Part shown: positions 52,573 to 62,424 of the stretch, one piece after another
Layout: every line of letters begins with the position of its first letter
Position numbering within the stretch: position 1 is the stretch's first letter
Sequence record: PQ536907.1
Source: a phage
Length of the DNA stretch: 64,000 nt
Direction: 5' to 3' (one strand)
The notes under the pieces: generated by a model
Databases searched by the model: none
What the model was told of the DNA's origin: nothing
Seen by the model: the letters and a program-made list of their open reading frames with translations, nothing else
Program-made: the position numbers and the translations under genes

Positions 52573-53076
52573 CTAGCTTACACGAACATTAATCACTGCG
52601 CTGCGAGGAACTACAGAGTACTCTCCAGCATGAACTACGTTCAGAAGTTCAACGCCATCTTCAATCCACTGGTCAGTTACCCAACCACCGACCGGATTCG
52701 CGAATGGACGACGAATGTAAACCGCCTTACACAACAAATCAGTCGGGTCTTCAATTTTTTCAACTGGTGCCACATACATAGAAACTAAATCCATATCAAT
52801 ATGGAATTTTTCCTGTTCTTCTTTTTCAATTTCTGTCAATAGACTAAAATCTTTTTCATAAATAATAAGCGATGACACCATTCCATAATAGTTTCTAATT
52901 TCAATATACATCATGCCGATAAGAATTCCGCTATTAACACTAATAACAGTAAAAGGATATCCGCCAGTTAAAGCAAGAAGTTCACAAAACTTATTATGAG
53001 ATGTATTAGACAGTACCGGAAAATTCTTAATTTCATCAAATTTTTTCAATTGATAAACAGCATTATTTTTAATCAT
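52573..53076 (-). CDS. MotB-paralog-like protein (167 aa)
   Basis: Shares C-terminal motif with preceding ORF (TDQW.EDGV.L.N.V..G.Y.V.P.S). Confidence 0.5.
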   Translation of the reverse strand: MIKNNAVYQLKKFDEIKNFPVLSNTSHNKFCELLALTGGYPFTVISVNSGILIGMMYIEIRNYYGMVSSLIIYEKDFSLLTEIEKEEQEKFHIDMDLVSMYVAPVEKIEDPTDLLCKAVYIRRPFANPVGGWVTDQWIEDGVELLNVVHAGEYSVVPRSAVINVRVS

Positions 53077-53086
53077 AATTTTCTCT

Positions 53087-53599
53087 TTAATCTAAGGTAA
53101 TAAAGCCTTTTAATTCGGCATGCGATTTGCGGAACATTACTTGATGTCCGCCAATGATAACTTGGTCATCTGGCACTTCATAAATCGCAATGTACATTCC
53201 ACGTTCTTTTAAGTCTTCACGCTCTTCTCGAGTGAACCATCTCATCATATCATATTCACTAGCGAAAGCAAAATGATATAATGCAATAAACCATAATGGA
53301 ATATAATTTTCAATTCGTGAATAATCTTTATTCCATTTAGTTTTAATAACATCATTAGCATTTTCAACTAATAACTTATCATCGTGTGGAATAGGAATAC
53401 TTTCATGGCTTTCATAATTATCGCTATGATGATGAAATGACGATGAATTAATACCGCAAAATTTTAGCCAAGTTCGAGTTTTCATAGAATCAAATCCACG
53501 ATAAGGAGTTGATTGAACGCATAACTCTTGCCTAATTTTGACTATACCACTATCATCATTTAATGCGCTAAACGATGATTCAACACGATAAATTTTCAT
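53087..53599 (-). CDS. hypothetical protein (170 aa from MKIYRVESS...)
   Basis: ORF-track start is non-ATG; internal ATG with SD GAGGA preferred; promoter GTTTAC 53651-53656. Confidence 0.5.
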   Translation of the reverse strand: MKIYRVESSFSALNDDSGIVKIRQELCVQSTPYRGFDSMKTRTWLKFCGINSSSFHHHSDNYESHESIPIPHDDKLLVENANDVIKTKWNKDYSRIENYIPLWFIALYHFAFASEYDMMRWFTREEREDLKERGMYIAIYEVPDDQVIIGGHQVMFRKSHAELKGFITLD

Positions 53600-53662
53600 T
53601 TTATTATCCTCAGTAGCTATGGTGTTATAATACCACAACTAACCGAGGAAGTAAACAACTTT

Positions 53663-54346
53663 TTATCGTTTTGTTGGAAGAGACAGAGGATCGCAATCTT
53701 CCTCTGACGGAGCATCTTCAAGACCCATAGCGTATCGCAAAGCATACTTCATCATCAGGATGTCTTTCGCACAGTCATGAATAGAATCATGTGCAACGAA
53801 TCCATCTAAAGTTCCCTTTGGAAGAGGACACGTGGTCATATCACGAACAAGCAGAAGTGCTTCAATTCTGGTACGAATATCACGCTGATTCCAGAATTTA
53901 CATGGTTCTAACTTAAATGTATCAAGCTCATTCTCGGAAACGCCATTAAGACGTTGAATATCGCGAATGAGATCGACTAAAATTGGAAAATCAAACGACA
54001 TTCCACGGCACCAGCCTTGAGATTTCCAAGGATCGATATTATGTGCATTGATGTAATCGTTGAATTTTGCAATACCATCAATGGTGCTTACATCTTCATC
54101 GGATGGTGCAATATTTTTTCGAGCTTCAGGAGACTGATTTTTCCACCATTCGATAGTGCTTTTAGTAAAAAGACGATGTCCTTTTTGGCTTTTTAAATCA
54201 AATTTGATTTTAATGCCACGTGAAACTAGTTCATCGAATGATTCAACTACTTCTGGGTTAGGGTCAAAAGCAATTACAGCCAAATCAATAACAGCTGCTT
54301 TTTCACCGCTTCCCATTGTTTCAAAATCTATAATAAAATCAAACAT
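53663..54346 (-). CDS. dexA: exonuclease A
   Basis: 227 aa, MFDFIIDFETMGSGEKAAVIDLAVIAF...; DEDD-type exonuclease motif. Confidence 0.9.
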   Translation of the reverse strand: MFDFIIDFETMGSGEKAAVIDLAVIAFDPNPEVVESFDELVSRGIKIKFDLKSQKGHRLFTKSTIEWWKNQSPEARKNIAPSDEDVSTIDGIAKFNDYINAHNIDPWKSQGWCRGMSFDFPILVDLIRDIQRLNGVSENELDTFKLEPCKFWNQRDIRTRIEALLLVRDMTTCPLPKGTLDGFVAHDSIHDCAKDILMMKYALRYAMGLEDAPSEEDCDPLSLPTKR

Positions 54347-54603
54347 TAAATTTTCCTCGCTAAATCACGAATTTGGCCTACAGTATAGTCTTGAATATAA
54401 ACTTTATTAATAGGCTCATCAATAAATTTTGCCATAGATTCAATATCTTTTTGTATCTCTTCAAGACTGTATACTATCTTTAAAGCTTTTTCGCGAATAG
54501 TAACATTATCAGGTCCTGAATTTTCTTGAATGACAGCTTTAACATTTGCCATAAGAGATTTAAACTGGTACCAACTTAATTCAATCATTAATAATCGCCT
54601 CAT
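54346..54603 (-). CDS. hypothetical protein (85 aa), member of tandem paralog trio
   Basis: Similar length and pattern to the next two ORFs. Confidence 0.5.
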   Translation of the reverse strand: MRRLLMIELSWYQFKSLMANVKAVIQENSGPDNVTIREKALKIVYSLEEIQKDIESMAKFIDEPINKVYIQDYTVGQIRDLARKI

Positions 54604-54841
54604 AAAGATAGCTAATTTCGCCTAAAACGTAATCATTGATTGTAACAGTTTTCACTTCACCACAAAAGAATTCTAACGCAATTAAATCTCGTTCAATTTC
54701 TTCTAATTGAAGCATCAACTTACTAGATTCAATTTTTACAGTTTCACGATTTTTACCATGAGCAATTTCATAAATTTCGCTCACTTTATCCTGAAGAAGA
54801 TAAAACTGATCTTTAGTTATTTCCACGAATAGCTTCCTCAA
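54581..54841 (-). CDS. hypothetical protein (86 aa), member of tandem paralog trio
   Basis: ORF. Confidence 0.5.
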   Translation of the reverse strand: MRKLFVEITKDQFYLLQDKVSEIYEIAHGKNRETVKIESSKLMLQLEEIERDLIALEFFCGEVKTVTINDYVLGEISYLYEAIIND

Positions 54842-55073
54842 ATTTAATTAGTAATTTACAGACACTTTCATCTAGTGTAATTACCGTATCTGTATTACTG
54901 TGATATGATTGTTTTTCAATTCGTTTAATTGCTAATATAGTATCACTTATAAGATAAAGCTTATGAAGGAGCTCAGCTCCTGTTACCATAACATTAAGAT
55001 TATCTTGCTTATTAGTATGCTTCCTTATACCATCTATTAGACGATTTAAATATTTTGAATTGATGTTAATCAT
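54813..55073 (-). CDS. hypothetical protein (86 aa), member of tandem paralog trio
   Basis: ORF. Confidence 0.5.
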   Translation of the reverse strand: MININSKYLNRLIDGIRKHTNKQDNLNVMVTGAELLHKLYLISDTILAIKRIEKQSYHSNTDTVITLDESVCKLLIKFEEAIRGNN

Positions 55074-55079
55074 ATATCC

Positions 55080-56399
55080 TCACACATAAAACACATCATA
55101 ACGACCACGGGTAACACCAACATAAAGAAGTTGTTGGGCCAATTCAGCATCTGCATAATGAATACAAGGCGTATAAATGAAAGCACGGTCTACAGACATA
55201 CCCTGAGCTTTATGGAATGTTGATGCAGGAAGTGCTTTCACTTTACTAAACTGTGATTTAGCATCCCAAAAATCACTCCACGGAGCTTTTCCGCCTTTGT
55301 TCCAATTTTTATAAGTTTCTGCAGTTTTACCTAAAAATAGGTTAAACTTATATAGCTCTTCATCAGATGAAATTATTTTAATCTTTTCACGATAATATTC
55401 ATCATCGCCGTAAGTTTCTACTGTTAAATCCCAATGACGAATTAAGTATTCTCCAGGAACACCACGGGCTTTAACAAACGTTGATGTATACTCTGCTTCT
55501 ATAATACGAACTAATTGTCCGTTATTAAAAATAATTTCTGACACAGGCTTTCCATCAATTTTATATGTTTTAATTAATGGTTCCTGCATTACAATAATTT
55601 CACCTACAATAAAATCTTTATCAGTTTCAAAAATCTTTTTACGAATAATGCTATTTAACTTGTCAACAGATTTATTCGTAAATGCCATTACGCGATTTTC
55701 AAACAAATCATCTAGAGATTTGACGATTGAAAAATAATTTACCATAAAATCGCGTAAAGCGGTATCACCTGTAAATCCACGTACTCCATGCCCGTCAACA
55801 ACTTTATCATAAATCCACTTACCGTTGCGAACATCAGTAGCTACATCAATAATAGGAGCATTACTGCGTTTAACTTCAGTAAGTTCACACTGATAAAAAT
55901 CTTTGTGTATAAAGAATGGACTGATATAAGCAGTATTTTCTCCTGGATCAACAGGTCTAATTTGCTTATTATCCCCTATTCCAATTATGGTACACCATGG
56001 CGGGATAGTTGAAAGCAGAATTTTAAATAGCTTTCTATCATACATTGACACTTCGTCGCAGATTAATACCCTGCATTTAGCTAAATCTGGTACTTCTTTT
56101 TGTTCAAAAAGAACGTTTTCTTCATATGTTACTGGGTTAATTTTAAGAATACTATGAATAGTACTCGCTTCTTTCCCTGATAGTTTTGAAAGAATCTTTT
56201 TAGCCGCATGCGTAGGAGCTGCTAAAATAATACCAGTTTCACCCGTAGATATTAAAGCTTCAATGATGAATTTAGTAAGAGTAGTCTTACCGGTACCAGC
56301 AGGTCCATTAATAGTTACATGATGTTTCTTTTCTTTAATAGCCTTCATAACAATGTTAAAGGCATTTTTCTGGCCTTCGGTCAAATCATCAAATGTCAT
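55080..56399 (-). CDS. dda: Dda DNA helicase (SF1B)
   Basis: 439 aa; Walker A GPAGTGKTT; matches recalled T4 Dda. Confidence 0.95.
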   Translation of the reverse strand: MTFDDLTEGQKNAFNIVMKAIKEKKHHVTINGPAGTGKTTLTKFIIEALISTGETGIILAAPTHAAKKILSKLSGKEASTIHSILKINPVTYEENVLFEQKEVPDLAKCRVLICDEVSMYDRKLFKILLSTIPPWCTIIGIGDNKQIRPVDPGENTAYISPFFIHKDFYQCELTEVKRSNAPIIDVATDVRNGKWIYDKVVDGHGVRGFTGDTALRDFMVNYFSIVKSLDDLFENRVMAFTNKSVDKLNSIIRKKIFETDKDFIVGEIIVMQEPLIKTYKIDGKPVSEIIFNNGQLVRIIEAEYTSTFVKARGVPGEYLIRHWDLTVETYGDDEYYREKIKIISSDEELYKFNLFLGKTAETYKNWNKGGKAPWSDFWDAKSQFSKVKALPASTFHKAQGMSVDRAFIYTPCIHYADAELAQQLLYVGVTRGRYDVFYV

Positions 56400-56707
56400 C
56401 GGAAAGTCCCTGCAATTGGAATACTAACAATACGCCCAGTATCTAAAATTCGCTGATATAATCTTTGTGTGTCTACGTCAGGCTTAACATGTTTAACTTC
56501 TATTTTATTAAACCAAAACTTGCGTGGAGTCTCAACTAATCTTGGAATTCCCTTACCTAAAGCTAATCGATACTGCTCTTTAAGAGTAGTAAATACTTTA
56601 TCAGCAATATTCCATTCAAAAAATACAGCAGGACGATGTTCATCAAGTGGAACTGGCGCCGTAAATCCGTCTTTGTCTCGGTAAACTATCGCATATACAT
56701 AAACCAT
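56396..56707 (-). CDS. hypothetical protein (103 aa; dda.1-like)
   Basis: ORF. Confidence 0.5.
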   Translation of the reverse strand: MVYVYAIVYRDKDGFTAPVPLDEHRPAVFFEWNIADKVFTTLKEQYRLALGKGIPRLVETPRKFWFNKIEVKHVKPDVDTQRLYQRILDTGRIVSIPIAGTFR

Positions 56708-56708
56708 A

Positions 56709-57455
56709 TTATCCTCGGATAAGTTTAAAAATTGAACAATTTAGCGGGTATCCTCTTTTCAGTTTAAGTTTATCAATAAAAGACAAGTTTTGATACCGCT
56801 CTACACCTTGAATAATTTTATCACACATATCATATTGCATTTCTGCTTCTGACAACTTTTTCACAATTTTCCAATCCGAGCCTTTAAGAAGAACGTTCAG
56901 TTTAACAACTTCAGCGCCTTCTGCTATGCGAGAACCATCAATACGAGCTTTAAGTGCTATAATTCTTAGCTTAATGTCAGAGGTCTGTTTTGATTTAGAA
57001 AGCTGAGAAATGTGTTCAATTCGGTTTTCACGTTTTTTCTGTATAGCTTTAATTTGATTATAAGTCTTTTTGATTTTAGCCCATTTCTTTTCATCTAAAT
57101 TTAGTTTATGAACTTTTTTCGCAGATGAACGACCAATTCGCAAAGCAAATAAATCCCGTTTTTCAATCAACTCCTCTAAAGTATAATCAGAACGAAATGT
57201 ATTATACTTTTTCTTTACTGCAATAACATTCCCTTTAATGTATCCAACGTTATTATCAAAACGTTCTAATGATAATTTCTCTCCTTCAATACGATTATCA
57301 AAAGGTTCTCCCGAGTAAGCACAAACTTTTTGATCTAAAATGTTCTTAATGTAATTGAAGTCTAAGTTAAAATCTTTAGAACGTCTTTTTGCAGATGCCT
57401 GAGTATGCTCTAAACGACGTTTAATTTTACGAATTTGATTATTAGACAGCTTCAT
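56709..57455 (-). CDS. srd: probable Srd (248 aa)
   Basis: Position between dda and modA; length consistent; promoter GTTTACA... TTTACA 57515-57520, -10 57492-57497. Confidence 0.6.
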   Translation of the reverse strand: MKLSNNQIRKIKRRLEHTQASAKRRSKDFNLDFNYIKNILDQKVCAYSGEPFDNRIEGEKLSLERFDNNVGYIKGNVIAVKKKYNTFRSDYTLEELIEKRDLFALRIGRSSAKKVHKLNLDEKKWAKIKKTYNQIKAIQKKRENRIEHISQLSKSKQTSDIKLRIIALKARIDGSRIAEGAEVVKLNVLLKGSDWKIVKKLSEAEMQYDMCDKIIQGVERYQNLSFIDKLKLKRGYPLNCSIFKLIRG

Positions 57456-57578
57456 ATTTTTCTCACATCTTACGGACGGTTAACTACTTATACTATAACA
57501 TTTTTACCTTAACTTGTAAACAACTTTATGTAAAAATGCTTTAAAACTTTCATGGTATAATGAATCTAAGTCCTTCCA

Positions 57579-58181
57579 TTATAGATTAAATCCTTCAAAA
57601 TCAAGAGTATAGATAGTGTATGTTGAATACTTTTTATACTCATATCTATCTGCAATTCTAAATACACTTCCAGCTGGTATCATTACTTCTTGTTCATCTG
57701 AAACTAATTCCATATTACGATAACGATGGCTATCCGGAAACTTAAAGTTTGGATTGTATTCTTTACAGCGTAGAGCTTTTATAGCATACTCCTGGAAATT
57801 GAATACCATAGGAGCTTTGAATTCAAAAATAACCTGTGTGTTATACTCTAAACCGGAAGCAAAATGTAGAGCTATATTTTTATCATATGAAGCTGATACG
57901 ACTTTATCAAATGTAATAATATCAATTCCTTGATTTAACACCTGCTTAGTCTCAGCTGGAACACCTCTCCAAAGAGGTTTATCGTTTGGAACCAAACGAG
58001 ATTTGATTATTTCATTTAACCAAGTATGGTCATCTGGCTTATTAGTAATACAATGAATTAAAAGTTCAATTTCAGATAAATTAAACCCTTCAGAAAGCAA
58101 TTCTTCACGAATAGAAGCACGCACCGATGCATCCATTGATTTTATTTTAAAATCTTTTAGTTGCATTACTGAGTATTTCAT
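57579..58181 (-). CDS. modA: ModA ADP-ribosyltransferase
   Basis: 200 aa; R / S-x-S / E-x-E motifs (LWRGV, VSASY, EQEVMIP). Confidence 0.85.
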   Translation of the reverse strand: MKYSVMQLKDFKIKSMDASVRASIREELLSEGFNLSEIELLIHCITNKPDDHTWLNEIIKSRLVPNDKPLWRGVPAETKQVLNQGIDIITFDKVVSASYDKNIALHFASGLEYNTQVIFEFKAPMVFNFQEYAIKALRCKEYNPNFKFPDSHRYRNMELVSDEQEVMIPAGSVFRIADRYEYKKYSTYTIYTLDFEGFNL

Positions 58182-58801
58182 TCAACTACCTCAATATCAT
58201 AAACTTTAAATGTTCCAAACGAATCGTGTAATTTTTCTTTTGAAATAGAAGTTATTCTATACTTTCCAATTGGAATCATCCATTCTTGTTCACGCACAAT
58301 CATCATTAAGTTATCAGTACGCTCTGAATCTAGCCCATCAGTATCTTCATACGTGTACTTGAACTCAGTATTAGGAGAAGAAAGTATAATATCGCTGATA
58401 TGGTCAGAATAATTAAAAGCTTTATCAGTTTTTAAGCGAAGTATTATTTTAGTAAAATATTCAGCATAAGAAAAAGAACATGCTGTGAGTAAACTAGTAG
58501 TAAATGAATCTACCCTGTTCGTTGAAAACACTTCTCCAACTTGTAAATCTTTAATAAGTTCTTCTGTTGATTTTGATATACCACGATATAACTGATAAGG
58601 TGATTTAGTTAAATGCTTTTTAATGATTTTATTCAACTGCCGATGAAGAGCTTCATTCTTTTTGGCTTCCATACATTGCCAAAGAACAGACTGCTCAAAG
58701 TCAGTAAATTTTTCACAGACTTTTTTATACATATCATATTGAAAATCAACGCTTTCAGCTTTTATAGATAACTGTTCAACATCTGCAGGATTAATAATCA
58801 T
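58178..58801 (-). CDS. modB: ModB ADP-ribosyltransferase
   Basis: 207 aa; motifs LYRGI, FSTNR, EQEWMIP; tandem with modA. Confidence 0.85.
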   Translation of the reverse strand: MIINPADVEQLSIKAESVDFQYDMYKKVCEKFTDFEQSVLWQCMEAKKNEALHRQLNKIIKKHLTKSPYQLYRGISKSTEELIKDLQVGEVFSTNRVDSFTTSLLTACSFSYAEYFTKIILRLKTDKAFNYSDHISDIILSSPNTEFKYTYEDTDGLDSERTDNLMMIVREQEWMIPIGKYRITSISKEKLHDSFGTFKVYDIEVVE

Positions 58802-58868
58802 GATAGCCTCCGTATACTTCAGAAGCTATCATATCATCGTTAGAAAGGAAAGTAAACAACTTTTTGAA

Positions 58869-59051
58869 TTATTTTGCCCAGGGAGCCCAAGGCGGAGGGT
58901 CAAGATGGTATGAAGCTAGTTCTTCTAGAAGAGCATCTGGGGCTTCAATTCCATAATTCTGTAATACTATACGGTACTCTTTCTTATAATCACTAGAATC
59001 ATTCTGGTTATTCGTAGAATGATTATCTTCTAACATCTCAAATAAATCCAT
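58869..59051 (-). CDS. hypothetical protein (60 aa)
   Basis: ORF. Confidence 0.4.
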   Translation of the reverse strand: MDLFEMLEDNHSTNNQNDSSDYKKEYRIVLQNYGIEAPDALLEELASYHLDPPPWAPWAK

Positions 59052-59059
59052 ATTAATTC

Positions 59060-59530
59060 CTAGCGATAAAAACCAAAGTGACGATTAGCTTCAACAATCT
59101 TTCTTTCTTCTTCGGACATTCTCCAGCGTAGTCCAACATCAAAATGAGCCCAGACCATCTTAACAAATGCGTTTATATCTTTAATATCTTCAATAATGAA
59201 TGTTTTACTTTTAGAAGGTTGACTCGCTAATTTAACTTTATCGTCTTCAAACATGTCAAAAAGACCATATTCATGAGCTCTTTTATAGCCTTTAATAGTT
59301 AAAGCTTCAGAAGAAGAAAATGGTGAATCTGTATTCTGCAAAATATCTTCAGTATGCTTTATAATTAGAATAACATTTTCTGGATATTTTCTTTCTTTTA
59401 TATCTTTAATTAAAATATCCGGATTTTCTGCTAAAGGAATAATTAACGAGCATTTTTTATCAAGTGTATTTACTGATTTACCTTCTTTAGACATAAATTC
59501 TATTGAATATAATTTTGCTACTTCAATCAT
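59060..59530 (-). CDS. hypothetical protein (156 aa)
   Basis: ORF. Confidence 0.5.
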   Translation of the reverse strand: MIEVAKLYSIEFMSKEGKSVNTLDKKCSLIIPLAENPDILIKDIKERKYPENVILIIKHTEDILQNTDSPFSSSEALTIKGYKRAHEYGLFDMFEDDKVKLASQPSKSKTFIIEDIKDINAFVKMVWAHFDVGLRWRMSEEERKIVEANRHFGFYR

Positions 59531-59687
59531 GTGATTTCCTTTTGCCTACTAATGGACCGTCAGGAATTTTGTTTTCCTGAATGTATTTCTCATTTTCTTC
59601 CATCATTTTACTACCGATTTTAAGAAGCAAATCTAAGGCTTCATTTGCTTTAGCTTTAGCCTCTTCTAACGTCATGTTCTTGTTCAT
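59523..59687 (-). CDS. small ORF (54 aa, [25 protein letters not shown]...), below ORF-track cut-off
   Basis: Manual translation; ATG overlaps upstream stop. Confidence 0.3.
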   Translation of the reverse strand: MNKNMTLEEAKAKANEALDLLLKIGSKMMEENEKYIQENKIPDGPLVGKRKSHD

Positions 59688-59887
59688 GATTTATCCCCAT
59701 AGATATCTCTCATCAATTTAAGTGCTGAGCGTTCTAATTTCTTTTCTTTCTCAGCACTAATCATTGATTTCATCCATTCTTCCGATTCGTTCTGCATTTC
59801 TTTATTTGCCTGTTCAACCCAACCATCGTCAATATACATTGAGTTTGGTCTACTGAACCATTCAAGCATCTTCTTCAGAACTTTCAT
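59684..59887 (-). CDS. hypothetical protein (67 aa)
   Basis: ORF. Confidence 0.45.
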   Translation of the reverse strand: MKVLKKMLEWFSRPNSMYIDDGWVEQANKEMQNESEEWMKSMISAEKEKKLERSALKLMRDIYGDKS

Positions 59888-60380
59888 TTGTTTTACCTAA
59901 AACAATAGTAGGAGCATCGTCAAATTCATGAATTTTTAGCAATTTTGGATTTAAATTATTCCATACATAATAAATAAAGTATGATAAAGCATCTTCACTC
60001 GCAATTATAAATTTATTTCCTTCATTTATTTTCCAGTCATATACTGAATCGTACGAATAAAAAGATAAAGGATTACCATTATATTGTTCTGCGCTAACAT
60101 TAATGTATTCGGATTTAGTAAATGCTTCAATTGCTCTAAACGGACTATTTGGCACAGTTTCAATAATTCCGATCTTTTTAAGTTTTATTTCAACATCTTC
60201 TGGAACTGGCATTGAAACGAAATTTTCTACGAGATACATAGGGTTACAATAACCCTTATCAATCACTACGGCTACAGTAATTGGAACATCTTTAGCAAAC
60301 AACATGCTATTACTGCTAATATACATTTCAAACAAAATCGCTTCCATAATTTTCCTCAATCGCAAGATGTAGATGAACAA
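59862..60380 (-). CDS. hypothetical protein (172 aa)
   Basis: ORF in modB-soc interval. Confidence 0.5.
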   Translation of the reverse strand: MFIYILRLRKIMEAILFEMYISSNSMLFAKDVPITVAVVIDKGYCNPMYLVENFVSMPVPEDVEIKLKKIGIIETVPNSPFRAIEAFTKSEYINVSAEQYNGNPLSFYSYDSVYDWKINEGNKFIIASEDALSYFIYYVWNNLNPKLLKIHEFDDAPTIVLGKTNESSEEDA

Positions 60381-60850
60381 CCAGAATCACAAGAACTTCC
60401 ACATGAATCACCAGTCCAAGAACTAACAGCCGTGACTGTTATAATAGGAGCGGTATCGATATAGCTTTCTGAACGTCTTGAATCTAAATGTTCTTTTAAC
60501 TTTTTAGAATTCAATGGAAGCGCACCTGCACCAACATTACCAGCTTTTTCTGGTTGACGAATAATTTCTTCCATCGTATCGTCGCTCGCATAAACATTAG
60601 TATCATATGAATCAGAACTAGACTGTGTATTAGATGATGTAGTAGGTACTGACCAGCGCCAAGGATTTTTATAATATTCTTGGGCTTCTTCATAAGTCAT
60701 AGTAACTGCTTCTACTGTTCCATCTCCCATATAAACATACTCAACTACAGTTAAAGGAAGGTAGTCATTTGAAATAGGAACTACACCTTCTCCCGGAGTT
60801 GTAGAGAAAAAATCTGTAAAGAAATTTTTAAACCAATTAAAGATAAACAT
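60356..60850 (-). CDS. hypothetical protein (164 aa) with Ser/Cys-rich C-terminus
   Basis: C-terminal [20 protein letters not shown]. Confidence 0.5.
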   Translation of the reverse strand: MFIFNWFKNFFTDFFSTTPGEGVVPISNDYLPLTVVEYVYMGDGTVEAVTMTYEEAQEYYKNPWRWSVPTTSSNTQSSSDSYDTNVYASDDTMEEIIRQPEKAGNVGAGALPLNSKKLKEHLDSRRSESYIDTAPIITVTAVSSWTGDSCGSSCDSGCSSTSCD

Positions 60851-61062
60851 TACAAAAAGCCTCTTTGAAATTCGACTCTTTGAAATCCACCCCAGTCAGT
60901 ATATCGCATTTCAGCATTGAACTCGACTGAACCATCTGCATGCATCATGAATGAATGCGTGACGACATCACAATCCCAGCTTTTCATACCCCATTTATCA
61001 GAGATAGCTTTATCAAGAACCTTCTGAAGGTCTTCATTTGGTTTAATCCAACGATTTAACAT
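60850..61062 (-). CDS. hypothetical protein (70 aa)
   Basis: ORF driven by cassette at 61089-61151. Confidence 0.5.
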   Translation of the reverse strand: MLNRWIKPNEDLQKVLDKAISDKWGMKSWDCDVVTHSFMMHADGSVEFNAEMRYTDWGGFQRVEFQRGFL

Positions 61063-61088
61063 AGTGTTCTCCTCTATAAGATATTTTT

Positions 61089-61151
61089 ATTATACCACAC
61101 TCATTTTGACATGTAAACCATAAAATGAAAAAAGGAATCCCGAAGGATTCC
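61089..61151 (-). promoter_or_regulatory. PeSL-like cassette: soc terminator stem-loop plus early promoter (-35 GTTTACA, -10 TATAAT)
   Basis: Hairpin ggaatcc-cgaa-ggattcc (61134-61151); GTTTACA 61112-61118; 17-nt spacer; TATAAT 61089-61094. Confidence 0.6.
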
Positions 61152-61160
61152 TTAAATTAT

Positions 61161-61418
61161 TTAACCACCTACACCAGGTGTAGGTGTAACAGTCCAAAGA
61201 CCTTCATTAGCAGTGATCCATTCAGTACGCTGATTTTCTTCATATACTGTAGAATATGCTGCTTTTTCAGAAGGGAATGTCTGATAATGAGCACCAGAAA
61301 TTTTGTGAACATCAGAATAAAGAGGGAAAGCTACAGAAATTTCTTTACCCTGAATTGTACCACCATCAACTGCTTGGTCAAATGTTTTAATATTAACATA
61401 ACCGCGAGTACTAGCCAT
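61161..61418 (-). CDS. soc: Soc small outer capsid protein
   Basis: MASTRGYVNIKTFDQ...; matches recalled T4 Soc. Confidence 0.9.
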   Translation of the reverse strand: MASTRGYVNIKTFDQAVDGGTIQGKEISVAFPLYSDVHKISGAHYQTFPSEKAAYSTVYEENQRTEWITANEGLWTVTPTPGVGG

Positions 61419-61434
61419 GTAATTCTCCTTTTAT

Positions 61435-61644
61435 TTAAATTACATGATTATTTATAATAAATTCTCGCGGAACGTTAAAATACCCGATTTTAGTTAATAT
61501 AACAACATCACCGTTAATAATTACCGGAGAATAATCTTCTGGAGCATTAAATTTCCAATGGGCTCTAATATTATATCCATCAGAACCAAATGCTCGAGTA
61601 GCCGGTCTCCCGGCTTTTTGCCACGCGTAGAAATCAAATTTCAT
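61435..61644 (-). CDS. hypothetical protein (69 aa)
   Basis: ORF in soc-56 interval. Confidence 0.45.
   Translation of the reverse strand: MKFDFYAWQKAGRPATRAFGSDGYNIRAHWKFNAPEDYSPVIINGDVVILTKIGYFNVPREFIINNHVI
61449..61456 (-). promoter_or_regulatory. T4 late promoter TATAAATA for soc
   Basis: Minus-strand TATAAATAAT about 30 nt upstream of the soc ATG. Confidence 0.6.
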
Positions 61645-61835
61645 TTTGAATGATCTATAATTAATTTTAAATCTTCTTCACTGACAAAAATTTCGTCAGG
61701 ACCTTCTATAACTTCAACCATACGAAGTTGATTAGTTAAGAGCTCACATACGAGCTCCTTGTTATAATCTTTAAATAGCTGGTCAATACGTTTCTTATGG
61801 GCTTTCTTAAGCTGACGCTTATTTAAACGAGCCAT
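61641..61835 (-). CDS. hypothetical protein (64 aa)
   Basis: ORF in soc-56 interval. Confidence 0.45.
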   Translation of the reverse strand: MARLNKRQLKKAHKKRIDQLFKDYNKELVCELLTNQLRMVEVIEGPDEIFVSEEDLKLIIDHSK

Positions 61836-62353
61836 TAATAACCTCGGTCTTGACGAGCGAAGTTTTCAGCATTTTTCAGGTAATAAAGTTTAAAGATTTC
61901 TTCAGCTGACATTCCAAGAGCAATAAATTTATTCATGAAAAAATGAAATTGGTCAATAAGTTCAAATTTAATTTCAAGCTGATCTTCGGGAGATAAATCT
62001 TGAATTTTCTTGGATTGCATTTCAGAATAACGTTTCTTCCAAGGTTTCCATACAGCAGAAGCTTCTTTTTCGCCATTACTCATACCACCGAGAGAAGTAT
62101 ATAGCTCGCGAGTTTCGTCTGCGATATAATCGTCTTGGTTTCGCAGCCAAGCAAGAACTTCTCCTGCAGTTTCAAGTGAATCAGGATGACGATTTGTTTC
62201 TGGTTTATCATTAGCCAAACGAATCTGTAAATGCCGCTGCATATCAAGCATAACCTGCAGTGGGTCAATATTGTGCATAATATTCTCAGCATATGCACGA
62301 TTTGCTTTATCAACACCTTCGATCAAATGAGCACATTCATTAAAGTAAGCCAT
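61835..62353 (-). CDS. 56: dCTP pyrophosphatase (dCTPase/dUTPase, MazG-like)
   Basis: About 172 aa from internal Met MAYFNECAHLIEGV...; candidate MotA box plus TATAAT upstream. Confidence 0.9.
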   Translation of the reverse strand: MAYFNECAHLIEGVDKANRAYAENIMHNIDPLQVMLDMQRHLQIRLANDKPETNRHPDSLETAGEVLAWLRNQDDYIADETRELYTSLGGMSNGEKEASAVWKPWKKRYSEMQSKKIQDLSPEDQLEIKFELIDQFHFFMNKFIALGMSAEEIFKLYYLKNAENFARQDRGY

Positions 62354-62424
62354 TATTTTTCCTTTCAATTCATGGGTTAGTAGATTAATTATACAATAAA
62401 TATATAAAGCAATAAGGAGGACAT

